DNA from: a virus
Lineage: Duplodnaviria; Caudoviricetes
IMG/VR virus record: IMGVR_UViG_3300031910_001335
Coordinates: 1 to 50,989 of that record
Direction: 5' to 3' (one strand)
DNA length: 50,989 bases
Shown: in pieces, positions 1 to 8,657 of the stretch
Position numbering within the stretch: position 1 is the first letter of the stretch
How the letters are laid out: every line of letters begins with the position of its first letter
Notes under the pieces: generated by a model
Database searches by the model: none
The model's input: only the letters and a program-made list of their open reading frames with translations
Told to the model about the DNA's origin: nothing
Translations under genes and position numbers: made by a program

Positions 1-351
1 TCACCTCCGGTTTCGCTGCAGCGCGTTGCAGGCTGCGTCGTTCTTCAGCTGCCTCGCGTAGTGCTTGAACACAGCGATCGTCGCGCGCGTCGCCGGCGTC
101 TGCTGCTGCGTCTCCAGCAGCTGCACGGTCGTGAGCGACAGCTGGCGTATCACGTCTCGAGTGCGGCAGTCCGCCGTCAGCGCAGACTCGATGAGAACGA
201 CGTGGCGGTTCAGCCTGTCCTGCTGCGACTCGATGTCGCCGGTCTGCCTGATCAGCGCGATCGAGAGCCCTGCGATGCTCGCAGCCCCCAGCACGACGAT
301 CGCCATGAACGCGATCCTGCTCAGCCCGTACGCGCGCTCCAGCAGCTTCAT
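1..351 (-). CDS. membrane-anchored coiled-coil protein (possible lysis accessory)
   Basis: 116 aa; N-terminal hydrophobic helix (IAFMAIVVLGAASIAGLSIALI) followed by a helical region with two Cys; directly downstream of a small 2-TM protein. Confidence 0.55.
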   Translation of the reverse strand: MKLLERAYGLSRIAFMAIVVLGAASIAGLSIALIRQTGDIESQQDRLNRHVVLIESALTADCRTRDVIRQLSLTTVQLLETQQQTPATRATIAVFKHYARQLKNDAACNALQRNRR

Positions 352-354
352 CTG

Positions 355-543
355 CTACTTCGCCTCCTCGGCGGGCGTGTCTCTGAAGAGAAAGCCGGCG
401 GCTGTGATCATCACGGGCGTGGCGATCGCCAGGGCAGCAGCTGCGCTCCTCGAGAAGAGGCTGAACACGAGGATCGCGATCCACACGACGCACATCACGA
501 TCGCCATGACCGTCCTGAACCCGGGCCCGACTGTCCACGCCAA
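355..543 (-). CDS. small two-TM membrane protein (holin-like)
   Basis: 62 aa, two hydrophobic segments and a charged C-terminus; tightly packed in the operon. Confidence 0.55.
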   Translation of the reverse strand: MAWTVGPGFRTVMAIVMCVVWIAILVFSLFSRSAAAALAIATPVMITAAGFLFRDTPAEEAK

Positions 544-546
544 CCC

Positions 547-1074
547 TCACCTCCGCGCCCTCACGACGAAGCCCAGCGGCACGAAGCCGTAGTCGACTTC
601 AAGCAGCTCGTCGACGGTCCAGCCAGCGTCGCCAAGCAGACGCTCGAGCAGCTCCCTCGTTACGACAGTACGATGGTACTGGTATGGGTTGCTCGAGGAG
701 CCGTAGCGCGTCTCGCTCTCGGGCCGCTCGTCGCAGGGCACCGTGACGCAGAGCTTGTGGCTCACGCGATGAGCCTCCTCCAGCACGCTCGCAGCCTCGT
801 CTGGCGACAGGTGTTCGAGGATGTCGCCGAGCACGACGAGCTCCGCCGCGCCCTCGTCGAAGGGCCACTCTTCGATCGCAGCGTCGAAGAGCACGTCGAC
901 GTTGTTCGGCCTGCTCATCGCCTCGTCGTAGTCGACGACGTCGCAGTTGCGCACGCGATCGCCGTAGATCGCCTTGAGCATGGCCGGGTCCTCGTTGCAG
1001 CCGACGTTCAAGACCAGCCCGGTCGTCGACGCCACGGCGGCGCGCTGGTAGCCGAAGCGGTCGAACGCGCTCAT
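547..1074 (-). CDS. class I SAM-dependent methyltransferase
   Basis: ATG at 1074 overlaps the upstream TGA (ATGA); motifs VLNVGC, WPFDEGAAELVVLGDILEHL and VTVP typical of Methyltransf_11/23. Confidence 0.8.
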   Translation of the reverse strand: MSAFDRFGYQRAAVASTTGLVLNVGCNEDPAMLKAIYGDRVRNCDVVDYDEAMSRPNNVDVLFDAAIEEWPFDEGAAELVVLGDILEHLSPDEAASVLEEAHRVSHKLCVTVPCDERPESETRYGSSSNPYQYHRTVVTRELLERLLGDAGWTVDELLEVDYGFVPLGFVVRARR

Positions 1075-3416
1075 GCCCTCGCCATGTGCACCTGGGCGCT
1101 CGTGCTCACGAAGCGCCGCTCGCACATCGGCTTCCAGTAGTTGCCGTAGACGGCAGCCCAGGAGCGCGCCTCGGCCAGCCCTCGCCCGAGCACCGCTCGC
1201 TTCGAGCGCTCGCGGTCTCCCATCTCGACGACGTGCTCGAGCTTCTTCAGCCACAGCTTGCGGTACGTCTCGTTGTTGGGCCACCCGTCGACGAGGAGAT
1301 CGTCGCACGCCACGGTCTCGCAGAGCCCGGCGAGGCGCGACGTCACAGGGAACACGCCAGCAGCCTGCGCGTCCAGCGCGCTCATGCAGTACGTCTCCAT
1401 GAAGTACGTCGGGTACGCCCAGACGTCGACGTCGTACAGCGCAGCGGCCACCTGCGCCTGCGGCACTCGCCCGCGCCAGCGCACGCCGCCCTCCTCGCCG
1501 CCCACGCTCTCGACGAGCTCCTCGACGTAGTGCTTGAACGCGAGCAGCCGCTGAGCATAGCCGCTGCCGCTGTCCATTGCGACGATCTTGTCGATCGCCT
1601 CCCACCCGTAGAACACGTCGAGCGTCGCCTGCGGCCAGCGCTTGCGCACGTCGGGCCACATCTCGAGCAGCACGTCGACGCCGCGGTCGGGCGACGAGAG
1701 CCACGCCATCCGCGCGCCCTGCGTCGGGACGGCCCTCGGGAACAGGTGCAAGTCCATGCCGTTGGGCAGCGACTGGCAGCGACCGGCGGACAGCCCGTAG
1801 AGCGACTCGGTGTGGTGGGCGTGCCACCGCGTGAGGCACACGATCTCGTCGATGTTGCTCAGCCTGTCGCCGAAGAGCCCGCTGCCCGGCATCAGCGCGT
1901 CTCGGACGTTGACGTCGTGGAGCCACAGCACGCGGAGGCCGGCGTTGACCTCAGCGTCGAAGAGCTCTGGCGTCCGCGACGACACGACGACGTCGTGCCT
2001 CTCCATCGACAGGAAGTCCTCGCTGTCCCACCACTCGATGCCGAGCTCGTCGACGCCCTTGCAGGGACCCGGCGTGCCGTACACCTCGACGCGCCAACCG
2101 TCGAGAGCGAACTGCTCCGCCAACCGCATCACGCACTTCTCGGTGCCGCCCACGCCGTGGACGACCTCGAGCTCCGGGTGCCACGGCTCGAACAGCGGCT
2201 TGTTGAAGAACGCGATCGAACGCTCGCCCTGCGGCCTCGAGCGCCTACGCGCGTAGAGCAGCTCCATCGGCTTCCGCTCCACGACGGGCCTCGAGCGCTC
2301 CGCGTCACGGGCCAGCTCGACGCGGTCACGCTCCGCCATCAGCTCCGGCGACTTGCGGATAGCCAGCGCCTGGTCGATGTCCTGCAGCGCCTCGTCGTAG
2401 CGCCCGAGGTTGGCGCGCGCCTGAGCCCTCAGCGCGAGCGGAGTGTAGCGCGCCTCCATCGGCTCGATCACCTGCTGCGTCACGGGCATCGTCGTGCAGG
2501 CGAGGCACATCGACGCCCACTGCTCCGAGCGCGACCAGTCGAGCAGCTCCGCGCAGGACAGGGCGATGCCGTTGTACGAGTCGGGCCACGTGGGGAGCAG
2601 CTTCACGCCCTGCAGGTCCGTGTCGATCGCTCGTGCGTGGTCGCCGATCGAGCGGAAGCAGTCCGCCATCGTGTGGTTGCTTCTGTACGAGTCGTCGGGC
2701 TGGCTCTCCGTGACCACCATCTTGAACTGCTCAGCAGCACGGATGAACAGAGCCGTGCGCTTGGCTGCATCCGGCTCCTCCAGCGCCTCGGCGAAAATCT
2801 CCAGCGCGAAGAAGTAGCGGAAGCGCACGACGTCCGGGTAGTCTCGCATCGCCTTCGCCACGATGCGGCGGTTGCGGTCACGCCTCGGGCCCTTGAGGTC
2901 GGGGTCACGGTAGTGCTTCACCCATGCGCCCGTGGGACGCTCAGCCTGTGCGCCCGGCGTGTTCCAGCACACCTCGTGGATCGGGTACACCCACTTCATC
3001 CGCTGCCTCGTCGAGAACATCCGCTCCCGCCACTGCACGCTGACGACGGTGCCCGTCTCGTCAGTCCCGTAGTCGTAGCGGAACATCATGAACGTCGTCT
3101 CCGGGTGCTCGGCGAGGTCGAGCCCGCTCGGAGCGTAGAGCTCGTCGTCGTGATCGAGCCACAGCAGCCACTCGTGCTTGTCGCGTGGCACCATGGCGAA
3201 GCTCTGGTTGCGAGCCAGCGAGAAGTCGTCCTTCCACGCGAACTTCTCGTAGACGGTGGGCAGCCCAGCGTTGAGCATCCACCTCGGAGGCTTGCGACTA
3301 CGCCCGTTGTACGCGACGTAGAGCTTCGAGCAGTGCGGTGCAGCGGAGCTCACCATCCGCTGCCACTCGCCGCGTTCGACCGAGTCTCCGACTATGACCG
3401 CGAGGGCTACGTCCAA
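1071..3416 (-). CDS. multidomain glycosyltransferase: GT2 (SunS-like) + TPR + GT4 (GT-B)
   Basis: WKDDFSLARNQSF..WLLWLDHDDE..YPIHE (GT2/TPR family); helical TPR-like middle; GGTE, SSPDRG and YPTYFMETYCMSALDAQAAG (GT4). Start inferred at TTG 3416 just after the upstream stop. Confidence 0.85.
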   Translation of the reverse strand: MDVALAVIVGDSVERGEWQRMVSSAAPHCSKLYVAYNGRSRKPPRWMLNAGLPTVYEKFAWKDDFSLARNQSFAMVPRDKHEWLLWLDHDDELYAPSGLDLAEHPETTFMMFRYDYGTDETGTVVSVQWRERMFSTRQRMKWVYPIHEVCWNTPGAQAERPTGAWVKHYRDPDLKGPRRDRNRRIVAKAMRDYPDVVRFRYFFALEIFAEALEEPDAAKRTALFIRAAEQFKMVVTESQPDDSYRSNHTMADCFRSIGDHARAIDTDLQGVKLLPTWPDSYNGIALSCAELLDWSRSEQWASMCLACTTMPVTQQVIEPMEARYTPLALRAQARANLGRYDEALQDIDQALAIRKSPELMAERDRVELARDAERSRPVVERKPMELLYARRRSRPQGERSIAFFNKPLFEPWHPELEVVHGVGGTEKCVMRLAEQFALDGWRVEVYGTPGPCKGVDELGIEWWDSEDFLSMERHDVVVSSRTPELFDAEVNAGLRVLWLHDVNVRDALMPGSGLFGDRLSNIDEIVCLTRWHAHHTESLYGLSAGRCQSLPNGMDLHLFPRAVPTQGARMAWLSSPDRGVDVLLEMWPDVRKRWPQATLDVFYGWEAIDKIVAMDSGSGYAQRLLAFKHYVEELVESVGGEEGGVRWRGRVPQAQVAAALYDVDVWAYPTYFMETYCMSALDAQAAGVFPVTSRLAGLCETVACDDLLVDGWPNNETYRKLWLKKLEHVVEMGDRERSKRAVLGRGLAEARSWAAVYGNYWKPMCERRFVSTSAQVHMARA

Positions 3417-3421
3417 AAGCC

Positions 3422-4804
3422 CTACCGCCTTGGAGTTGTCGCGGACACCGCCTTCGACCAGGGACCGAGGCCGCCGTCGGCGTCGATGCCGCGGACTCGG
3501 AACCAGTACGTCGTGCGTGAGGACAGCCCTGCGACAGTGTAGTTCGTCTCGGACGAAGTGTAGCTCTTCGCGCTGCTGAAGTTGGAGTGAGAAGCCGACT
3601 CGACCTCGTACGTCGAGGCGCCGTCCACCGCCGACCACGACAACGAGATCGCCGTCCTCTGCTTCGCGGTGATGTTCACGGTGGGGGCCGTGAGCCCTGC
3701 CGGAGGCGTCGGAGGCGGCGGCGGTGGCGGAGTCGGCGGTGGGGGCGGCGTCGGGGGAGAGGGCGAAGATGCGGAAGACGCGTCGCCCTGCCAGTTCGGG
3801 TCGGCGACGACCGCTTGGTACGCGGCGAGCGATGCCGCGCTCGAGTCGATGCGCCAGTCGCACTCCTTGTTGAGGTTGAACCAGTCGACCTCGGTGATCC
3901 GCGGGAACGTGTTCGGTATCTCCGTCTCGTAGGCGCTCGTGATCCAGGCTGCCTTGTTGCCGCCCTGCTCGTTCGAAGCGGTCTCGCTGATCTGCACGGG
4001 CATGTTCGGGTCGAGCGACGTGACGATGTCGTACGAGGGCTTGAACACCTGCGTCCACGTCTGCCACGACTCGCCGGGGCTCGAGCCCCAGTTGTACCCG
4101 TCGATGCCGAGGACGTCGACGTAGCCGCTGCCGGGCCAGTACGACTTGATCGTGTTGGTAGGGCCGTTGTTCGGAGCCCACACCCACTGCACGTTCGTGA
4201 CGCCGGCGTCGTGGAAGATCTGCCACACGTGCTGCCACGCTGCGACGAACTGCGCTGGCGTGTTGTTGTTCACGTTGGCGCCCCACGCCGACCAGTCGCC
4301 GTTCATCTCCGCCGCGAAGCGGATCTGGAACGGCTTGCCATACGACTTGGCCTGTGCAGCGGCCGCCTTGAGGTACGCGTCGTGGCTGCCGTTGACGATG
4401 GTGGACAGCGCGTAAGCCGGTTGGTTCGTGTCGCTAGATGCGCCCGGGTCCCATGGCTCCCACACGATCTGAGGGAGCGCGCCCCTCGAGGTGATGCCGT
4501 CCATCTGCACCTGCGCCAGCAGGTCGATGGTCCAGTCGCGGAAGATCATCACGATCGCGGGTGCCCTGCCCACCTGCTTCGTGTACGCGTCGAGGCGCGC
4601 GAAGAAGTCCGTGTTCGAGTTCCAGGGAAGAGCGAGCCCGAGAGCCCTAGCCACAGTTGGCCTCCTGACGTAGACGCCTACGGCCACCATGCACACGCAC
4701 GCGAGCGCTACGAGGAGCACACGAAGCGTTCTGGGCAGCCACTCTTGGAACTCTAACAGGCTGCGCCAACCCTGCTGGGACGAGCCCTGGGACAGCGTTG
4801 GCAT
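3422..4804 (-). CDS. secreted GH26-family glycoside hydrolase + Pro-rich linker + fibronectin type III domain
   Basis: IRFAAEMNGDW, WVWAPN, YWPGSGYVDVLGIDGYNWG and QISET are GH26 motifs; PPTPPPPP linker; FN3 motifs (LSWSAV, YTVAGLSSRTTYWFRVRG). The real start may be GTG 4720, ahead of the signal peptide. Confidence 0.85.
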   Translation of the reverse strand: MPTLSQGSSQQGWRSLLEFQEWLPRTLRVLLVALACVCMVAVGVYVRRPTVARALGLALPWNSNTDFFARLDAYTKQVGRAPAIVMIFRDWTIDLLAQVQMDGITSRGALPQIVWEPWDPGASSDTNQPAYALSTIVNGSHDAYLKAAAAQAKSYGKPFQIRFAAEMNGDWSAWGANVNNNTPAQFVAAWQHVWQIFHDAGVTNVQWVWAPNNGPTNTIKSYWPGSGYVDVLGIDGYNWGSSPGESWQTWTQVFKPSYDIVTSLDPNMPVQISETASNEQGGNKAAWITSAYETEIPNTFPRITEVDWFNLNKECDWRIDSSAASLAAYQAVVADPNWQGDASSASSPSPPTPPPPPTPPPPPPPTPPAGLTAPTVNITAKQRTAISLSWSAVDGASTYEVESASHSNFSSAKSYTSSETNYTVAGLSSRTTYWFRVRGIDADGGLGPWSKAVSATTPRR

Positions 4805-4816
4805 GATATAATGACA
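4804..4816 (+). promoter_or_regulatory. extended -10 promoter TGATATAATGACA
   Basis: TGn-TATAAT followed by GACA; 17 nt identical to 21267-21283; upstream of the plus-strand island. Confidence 0.75.
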
Positions 4817-4868
4817 CTGTCAGCGGAGATGAGCTCCGACGACGACGAACACAACCCAGGAGGGTACC

Positions 4869-5711
4869 ATGCAGGTTACTGTGAACACCACGACCCGCGG
4901 CGGCCGGCAGCTTGAAGGCCTGCTCAAGAGCGCGAAGCCCGACAAGCGCTCCCGCGGCAAGGTCGTCGTGACGGTCGACCTCAAGGACGAGGCCGGCCGC
5001 GCGAGGCTGCACGAGGCGATCCGCTTCAACGTGTGGATCGGCGAGCACGGCTCCACCTTCGTCACGGCCCGCACGGAGCGGAACCGGCGGATGGTGTTCC
5101 ACTTCAACGTCACGCCCGGCGCGCCCGAGGGCTACGTGGCCAAGGCGCACAAGCGGCTCGGCGACGACGGCGCCCTGCTGATGTACGCGGTCAAGGCCGC
5201 GTGGCAGTTCCTCGTCACCGGCGAGGCTCCGGCTCCGAAGAACGGCACGGTCACGTGCCAGGAAGCAGCGTTCTGCGGCCACTGCGGCCGCAAGCTCACA
5301 CACCCGGACAGCATCCCGCTCGGCATCGGGCCGGACTGCGAGTTCCGGCTCACCGGCAAGATCACGAAGCGGGGCGGCGGCACAGTGCAGGGCGCGGTGG
5401 ACCGCAAGCACGACGAGCGCGTGGCACGGGACGGCTGCGACAAGTGCGGCACCATCACCGAGCTCTTCCACAACGACGCGACCGGCCTCAGCCTCTGCGC
5501 GAAGTGCGACTACGCGGTGGACTCCGAGGCCGAGCGGCGGCTCGCGCTCGAGGACGAGCTCCGCGACGAGGTCAACCGCCTCGAGAAGGAACTGACCGAG
5601 CTGCTGGCTCAGCGGAAGTACGCGGCCGCGCAGTTGATCGACGACCGGCTCGACTCTGCCCGTGCGGCACTGGGCAAGGCCGAGCGCGACTTCCAGCTCT
5701 CGCTGGTCTGA
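4869..5711 (+). CDS. DUF6011-like zinc-binding phage protein
   Basis: CGHCGRKLTHPDSIPLGIGPDC signature, a second CxxC pair and a C-terminal coiled coil; RBS CAGGAGG. Confidence 0.7.
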   Translation: MQVTVNTTTRGGRQLEGLLKSAKPDKRSRGKVVVTVDLKDEAGRARLHEAIRFNVWIGEHGSTFVTARTERNRRMVFHFNVTPGAPEGYVAKAHKRLGDDGALLMYAVKAAWQFLVTGEAPAPKNGTVTCQEAAFCGHCGRKLTHPDSIPLGIGPDCEFRLTGKITKRGGGTVQGAVDRKHDERVARDGCDKCGTITELFHNDATGLSLCAKCDYAVDSEAERRLALEDELRDEVNRLEKELTELLAQRKYAAAQLIDDRLDSARAALGKAERDFQLSLV

Positions 5712-5721
5712 GGGAGGAGCC

Positions 5722-5901
5722 ATGCGATACACCTACAACACGTACGAGGAGGCGGCCAGCGCTCTGGGCACGGCCGCCATGGACGTCGCGGCCGACCACG
5801 GCGAGGAGATGGTCGAGGCCGCGTGGGGCGACATCGTCAACGCCATCGCTTCCAACTGCCCGCCCGAGGTGGCGGAAGAGCTGAAGCGGAGGAACAGCTG
5901 A
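5722..5901 (+). CDS. hypothetical protein
   Basis: GGAGGAG RBS then ATG 5722; stop overlaps next start (TGATG). Confidence 0.65.
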   Translation: MRYTYNTYEEAASALGTAAMDVAADHGEEMVEAAWGDIVNAIASNCPPEVAEELKRRNS

Positions 5902-6335
5902 TGCGCTACGTCTTCACGGGCCCGTCGAAGCTCGGCCCCAAGCAGGCGCGGCAGGTGGAGCAGACGATCCGCTCGCTGAAGAACGTCGAGGAGTTCACGA
6001 CGGGTGCAGCGTTCGGCGTCGACACCCTGGCGTACTACATGGGCGTGAAGCTGCACCCCCACGCCAAGCACCGCGTGTGCGTCCCCGTGGGCCACGCGCA
6101 CAACGACACGCTCGTGCAGCACGCACGAGGGTTCGGCGCCACCATCGTTCCCGTCCACGGCGGGTACCGCAACCGGAACGAGGCGATGTTCGATCCCCTC
6201 GACCCGCCCGACCAGACGCTCGTCGCCTTCGTGAAGTCGCTTGGCTTCTATCGCAGCGGCGAGTGGATGACCATCAATATCGCGAAGAAGCTCCGCGTCT
6301 GCGTCTACGGCAACGAGCTCGAAGAGGAGAAGTGA
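5901..6335 (+). CDS. SLOG-superfamily (YspA/DprA-like) nucleotide-binding protein
   Basis: FTGPS, TGAAFGVDTLA, YRNRNEAM, LVAF..SGEWMTINIAKK match the SLOG motif order. Confidence 0.75.
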   Translation: MRYVFTGPSKLGPKQARQVEQTIRSLKNVEEFTTGAAFGVDTLAYYMGVKLHPHAKHRVCVPVGHAHNDTLVQHARGFGATIVPVHGGYRNRNEAMFDPLDPPDQTLVAFVKSLGFYRSGEWMTINIAKKLRVCVYGNELEEEK

Positions 6336-7453
6336 TGCCGTTCCAGATCTGCCCATCGTGCAGGGAGCTCGTCGACGTCGTCGAGGGCAAGTGGACGGCG
6401 TGCGACGAGTGCAAGGCCAAGCTCACGTACGACCCCGGCTCGAAGCGAGCCGCCTACTGGGAGTCGCACCCGAAGGAGCTCACCGAGTTCGAGCAGATGG
6501 TCGATGACGCCGACGCCGGAAAGATTGCCGAGCGCATCATCGTGAGCCATCACCTCGGCAAGCGCGGAGCCCACGTGTGCATCACGGGCGTGGTGCCGAG
6601 CATGACGAGGCAGCAGGCGTTCGCAAGGCTGTCCGAGCTCGGCTACGTGCCGCAGCAGTCGGTCACGTCCACGACCGACGTGCTCATCGTGTGCCCGAAC
6701 AACCGCGGCATCGTCGAGACGACGAAGGTCAAGGCGGCCCAACGCTACGGTGCGGAGGTCGTGCAGATCGACGACGTCATCGAGCTCTTCGGAGCCGTGG
6801 CGCCCAGCGTCCAGCAGCTCGCCGATCGCGTGAAGCCGGGCGACACGCAGGACGAGTGGATGGACAAGACCAAGGACGACTCCGGCTCGTTCGAGGGAGG
6901 CACCGCAGTCGTGGCCCAGCAGATGATCACGCTGGGCTGCGACTCAGGGCCCCACTTGGCGAGCCTGCAGAAGCACCCGGCGATCGTCGCCGACATGATG
7001 AGCCGCGACTGGACGAACGAGCGCAACGACTTCATCTCCAGCGTGTACCGCCAGTGGCGGCTCACCGGCCGGCTCACCGACAAGCAGGCCGTGGCGTACC
7101 GCAGGGTGGTGTTCGGCGTGAGCAACGTCGCCGCGCCAGTCGGCCAGGACCACATCTACGAGGGAACCGTCGTCAAGGCCACGTTCAGCGGCGGTAAAGC
7201 GAGCATCCTCGTGAAGGCGTCCGATGGCACGCGAGCGATGGGCACGCTGCCGGACAAGGTGCTGGCCAAGATGGAGACCGTGATGGTCGACCCGATCAAC
7301 GAGCTGCTGGACGCTACCATCAGCTTCACCGCCGACTTCCGGCGAGGCGACGCCAACGACGTCTCGTTCGCTCTGTTTCGCAACATGCGGCACGACGTCG
7401 CTCACCCGGTCTCGATCACCCGGAAGAACCACGTCCACGAGTTCGCAGCATGA
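6335..7453 (+). CDS. Zn-ribbon + BRCT-domain protein
   Basis: N-terminal CPSC/CDEC; VCITGVVPSMTRQQA..LG..QQSVTSTTDVLIV..TKVKAAQRYGAEVV resembles the LigA-type BRCT domain. Confidence 0.75.
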   Translation: MPFQICPSCRELVDVVEGKWTACDECKAKLTYDPGSKRAAYWESHPKELTEFEQMVDDADAGKIAERIIVSHHLGKRGAHVCITGVVPSMTRQQAFARLSELGYVPQQSVTSTTDVLIVCPNNRGIVETTKVKAAQRYGAEVVQIDDVIELFGAVAPSVQQLADRVKPGDTQDEWMDKTKDDSGSFEGGTAVVAQQMITLGCDSGPHLASLQKHPAIVADMMSRDWTNERNDFISSVYRQWRLTGRLTDKQAVAYRRVVFGVSNVAAPVGQDHIYEGTVVKATFSGGKASILVKASDGTRAMGTLPDKVLAKMETVMVDPINELLDATISFTADFRRGDANDVSFALFRNMRHDVAHPVSITRKNHVHEFAA

Positions 7454-7626
7454 CGGATCGAGCTGCACGAGCAACGCTGGTGCGACGCATCGTTCGCAAA
7501 GCGACCGCGAACGCTCGGCTGAACGAGATCGAGTTCGAGCTGGCGTCGGAGAACGACCCGGCTCGGCTGAAGCTGCTTAGGGCGCGCCACAGGTACTGGT
7601 CGCGCAGAGCGAGCCAACTGTCGTGA
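7450..7626 (+). CDS. small basic hypothetical protein (58 aa)
   Basis: ATGA overlap with the upstream stop; fills the gap; read manually. Confidence 0.55.
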   Translation: MTDRAARATLVRRIVRKATANARLNEIEFELASENDPARLKLLRARHRYWSRRASQLS

Positions 7627-7637
7627 AGGGAGGTGAC

Positions 7638-7829
7638 ATGAACACGAACGAGGACATGCCCGAGCCGAGCTCGGGAGAGAAGCAAGCGCTCGCCATCGTC
7701 GAGGACGGCAGCCTCTCGCACGACGAGAAGCTCGCCAAGCTCGCCGAACTGCCGGACGACTTCGGCTACAGCGAGATGGTGTTCCTGCAGAAGACGGCGA
7801 GCCAGGACCTGGCCGAAGGAATGCAGTGA
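7638..7829 (+). CDS. small acidic hypothetical protein
   Basis: GGAGGTG RBS before ATG 7638. Confidence 0.6.
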   Translation: MNTNEDMPEPSSGEKQALAIVEDGSLSHDEKLAKLAELPDDFGYSEMVFLQKTASQDLAEGMQ

Positions 7830-7835
7830 CGTAGA

Positions 7836-8024
7836 ATGACATCGACGGTGAAGAGAAGGAAGTGCAAGAGGTTCCGCCACTGCGGCGGCTGGCTCGAAGG
7901 CAAGGTTGCAGAGGACCCGAACGAACAGTTTTGCTCCACAGACTGTTGCCGCATCGATCACGGGCTGCTCGACCCGAACAAGGCGGGCGACCTGCGCAAG
8001 GACCGGAAAGCGAGGAAGAAGTGA
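7836..8024 (+). CDS. small Cys-rich basic protein
   Basis: CKRFRHC...FCSTDCC; start may be GTG 7848. Confidence 0.55.
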   Translation: MTSTVKRRKCKRFRHCGGWLEGKVAEDPNEQFCSTDCCRIDHGLLDPNKAGDLRKDRKARKK

Positions 8025-8452
8025 GCGACAAGCAGGAACCCTGGGAGAGGGCGATCGACCACCCGTTGGGCGGAGAGCACTACGAGGACGAGGACGACCA
8101 GGGAGCAGTCGACACCCCGCCCGAGGTGATCGAGCAGATGGAACGCGAGGCGGGCGAAGCTGGCGAGCAGCCGCCGCCAGAGTGGGACGAGCCGCTCAGC
8201 TACCCTGAGCGCACCGAGGTCCACGAGACGATGGAGATGCACGTCGTCGCCAGCGAGCCGTACGACTGGGACGACGAACCAGCGGTGAACCCGTACGGAG
8301 AGGGAGTCATCGCCATGATGCGAGAGGAACCCGGCTCGCTCGCCAAGCTGACGGCCGAGTTCGTGGGAGTGGGGCTGCTCATCGCGATGGGCGCAGCTCT
8401 AGTGTGCCTGCTCGTGATCGGCCTCATGTCACTGGTCAAGATCGCGCCCTGA
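8021..8452 (+). CDS. acidic protein with C-terminal TM helix
   Basis: GTGA overlap at 8021; C-terminal hydrophobic stretch. Confidence 0.6.
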   Translation: MSDKQEPWERAIDHPLGGEHYEDEDDQGAVDTPPEVIEQMEREAGEAGEQPPPEWDEPLSYPERTEVHETMEMHVVASEPYDWDDEPAVNPYGEGVIAMMREEPGSLAKLTAEFVGVGLLIAMGAALVCLLVIGLMSLVKIAP

Positions 8453-8454
8453 GC

Positions 8455-8547
8455 ATGTCGGCGCTAGCCGTGATGATGGTGAGCTTCGGCTGCTTCTGCT
8501 TCGCCATCGGGTTCCTCGCCGGCTGGGTCGTCTTCTCGGGGCGCTAG
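8455..8547 (+). CDS. 30-aa membrane peptide
   Basis: MSALAVMMVSFGCFCFAIGFLAGWVVFSGR, 2 nt after the upstream stop. Confidence 0.45.
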   Translation: MSALAVMMVSFGCFCFAIGFLAGWVVFSGR

Positions 8548-8570
8548 AGTGGGTGCACGTGAGCCCCTGG

Positions 8571-8642
8571 GCTCTCCTGGGGGCCACGCGCCCGTTCAGT
8601 AAGGAGGTACCATTAGGGCTCAGCTGGGCCTCCCAGGAGAGC
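8571..8642. repeat. inverted repeat between convergent operons (possible terminator or structured RNA)
   Basis: GCTCTCCTGGGGGCC (8571-8585) pairs with GGCCTCCCAGGAGAGC (8627-8642) with one bulge. Confidence 0.5.
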
Positions 8643-8657
8643 TCCAGTGAGTTCGTC

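Noticed and set aside
1075-1926. N-terminal 283 aa of ORF 547..1926, and similar long upstream extensions (1071..4286, 8658..9656, 35917..37716, 6077..7453)
   Set aside because: Arg/Ala-rich off-frame read-through overlapping real genes; true starts coincide with ATGA/GTGA overlaps
3700-3765. G-rich GGCGGC tract as a G-quadruplex or repeat element
   Set aside because: Explained by the poly-Pro linker codons of the GH26 gene on the minus strand
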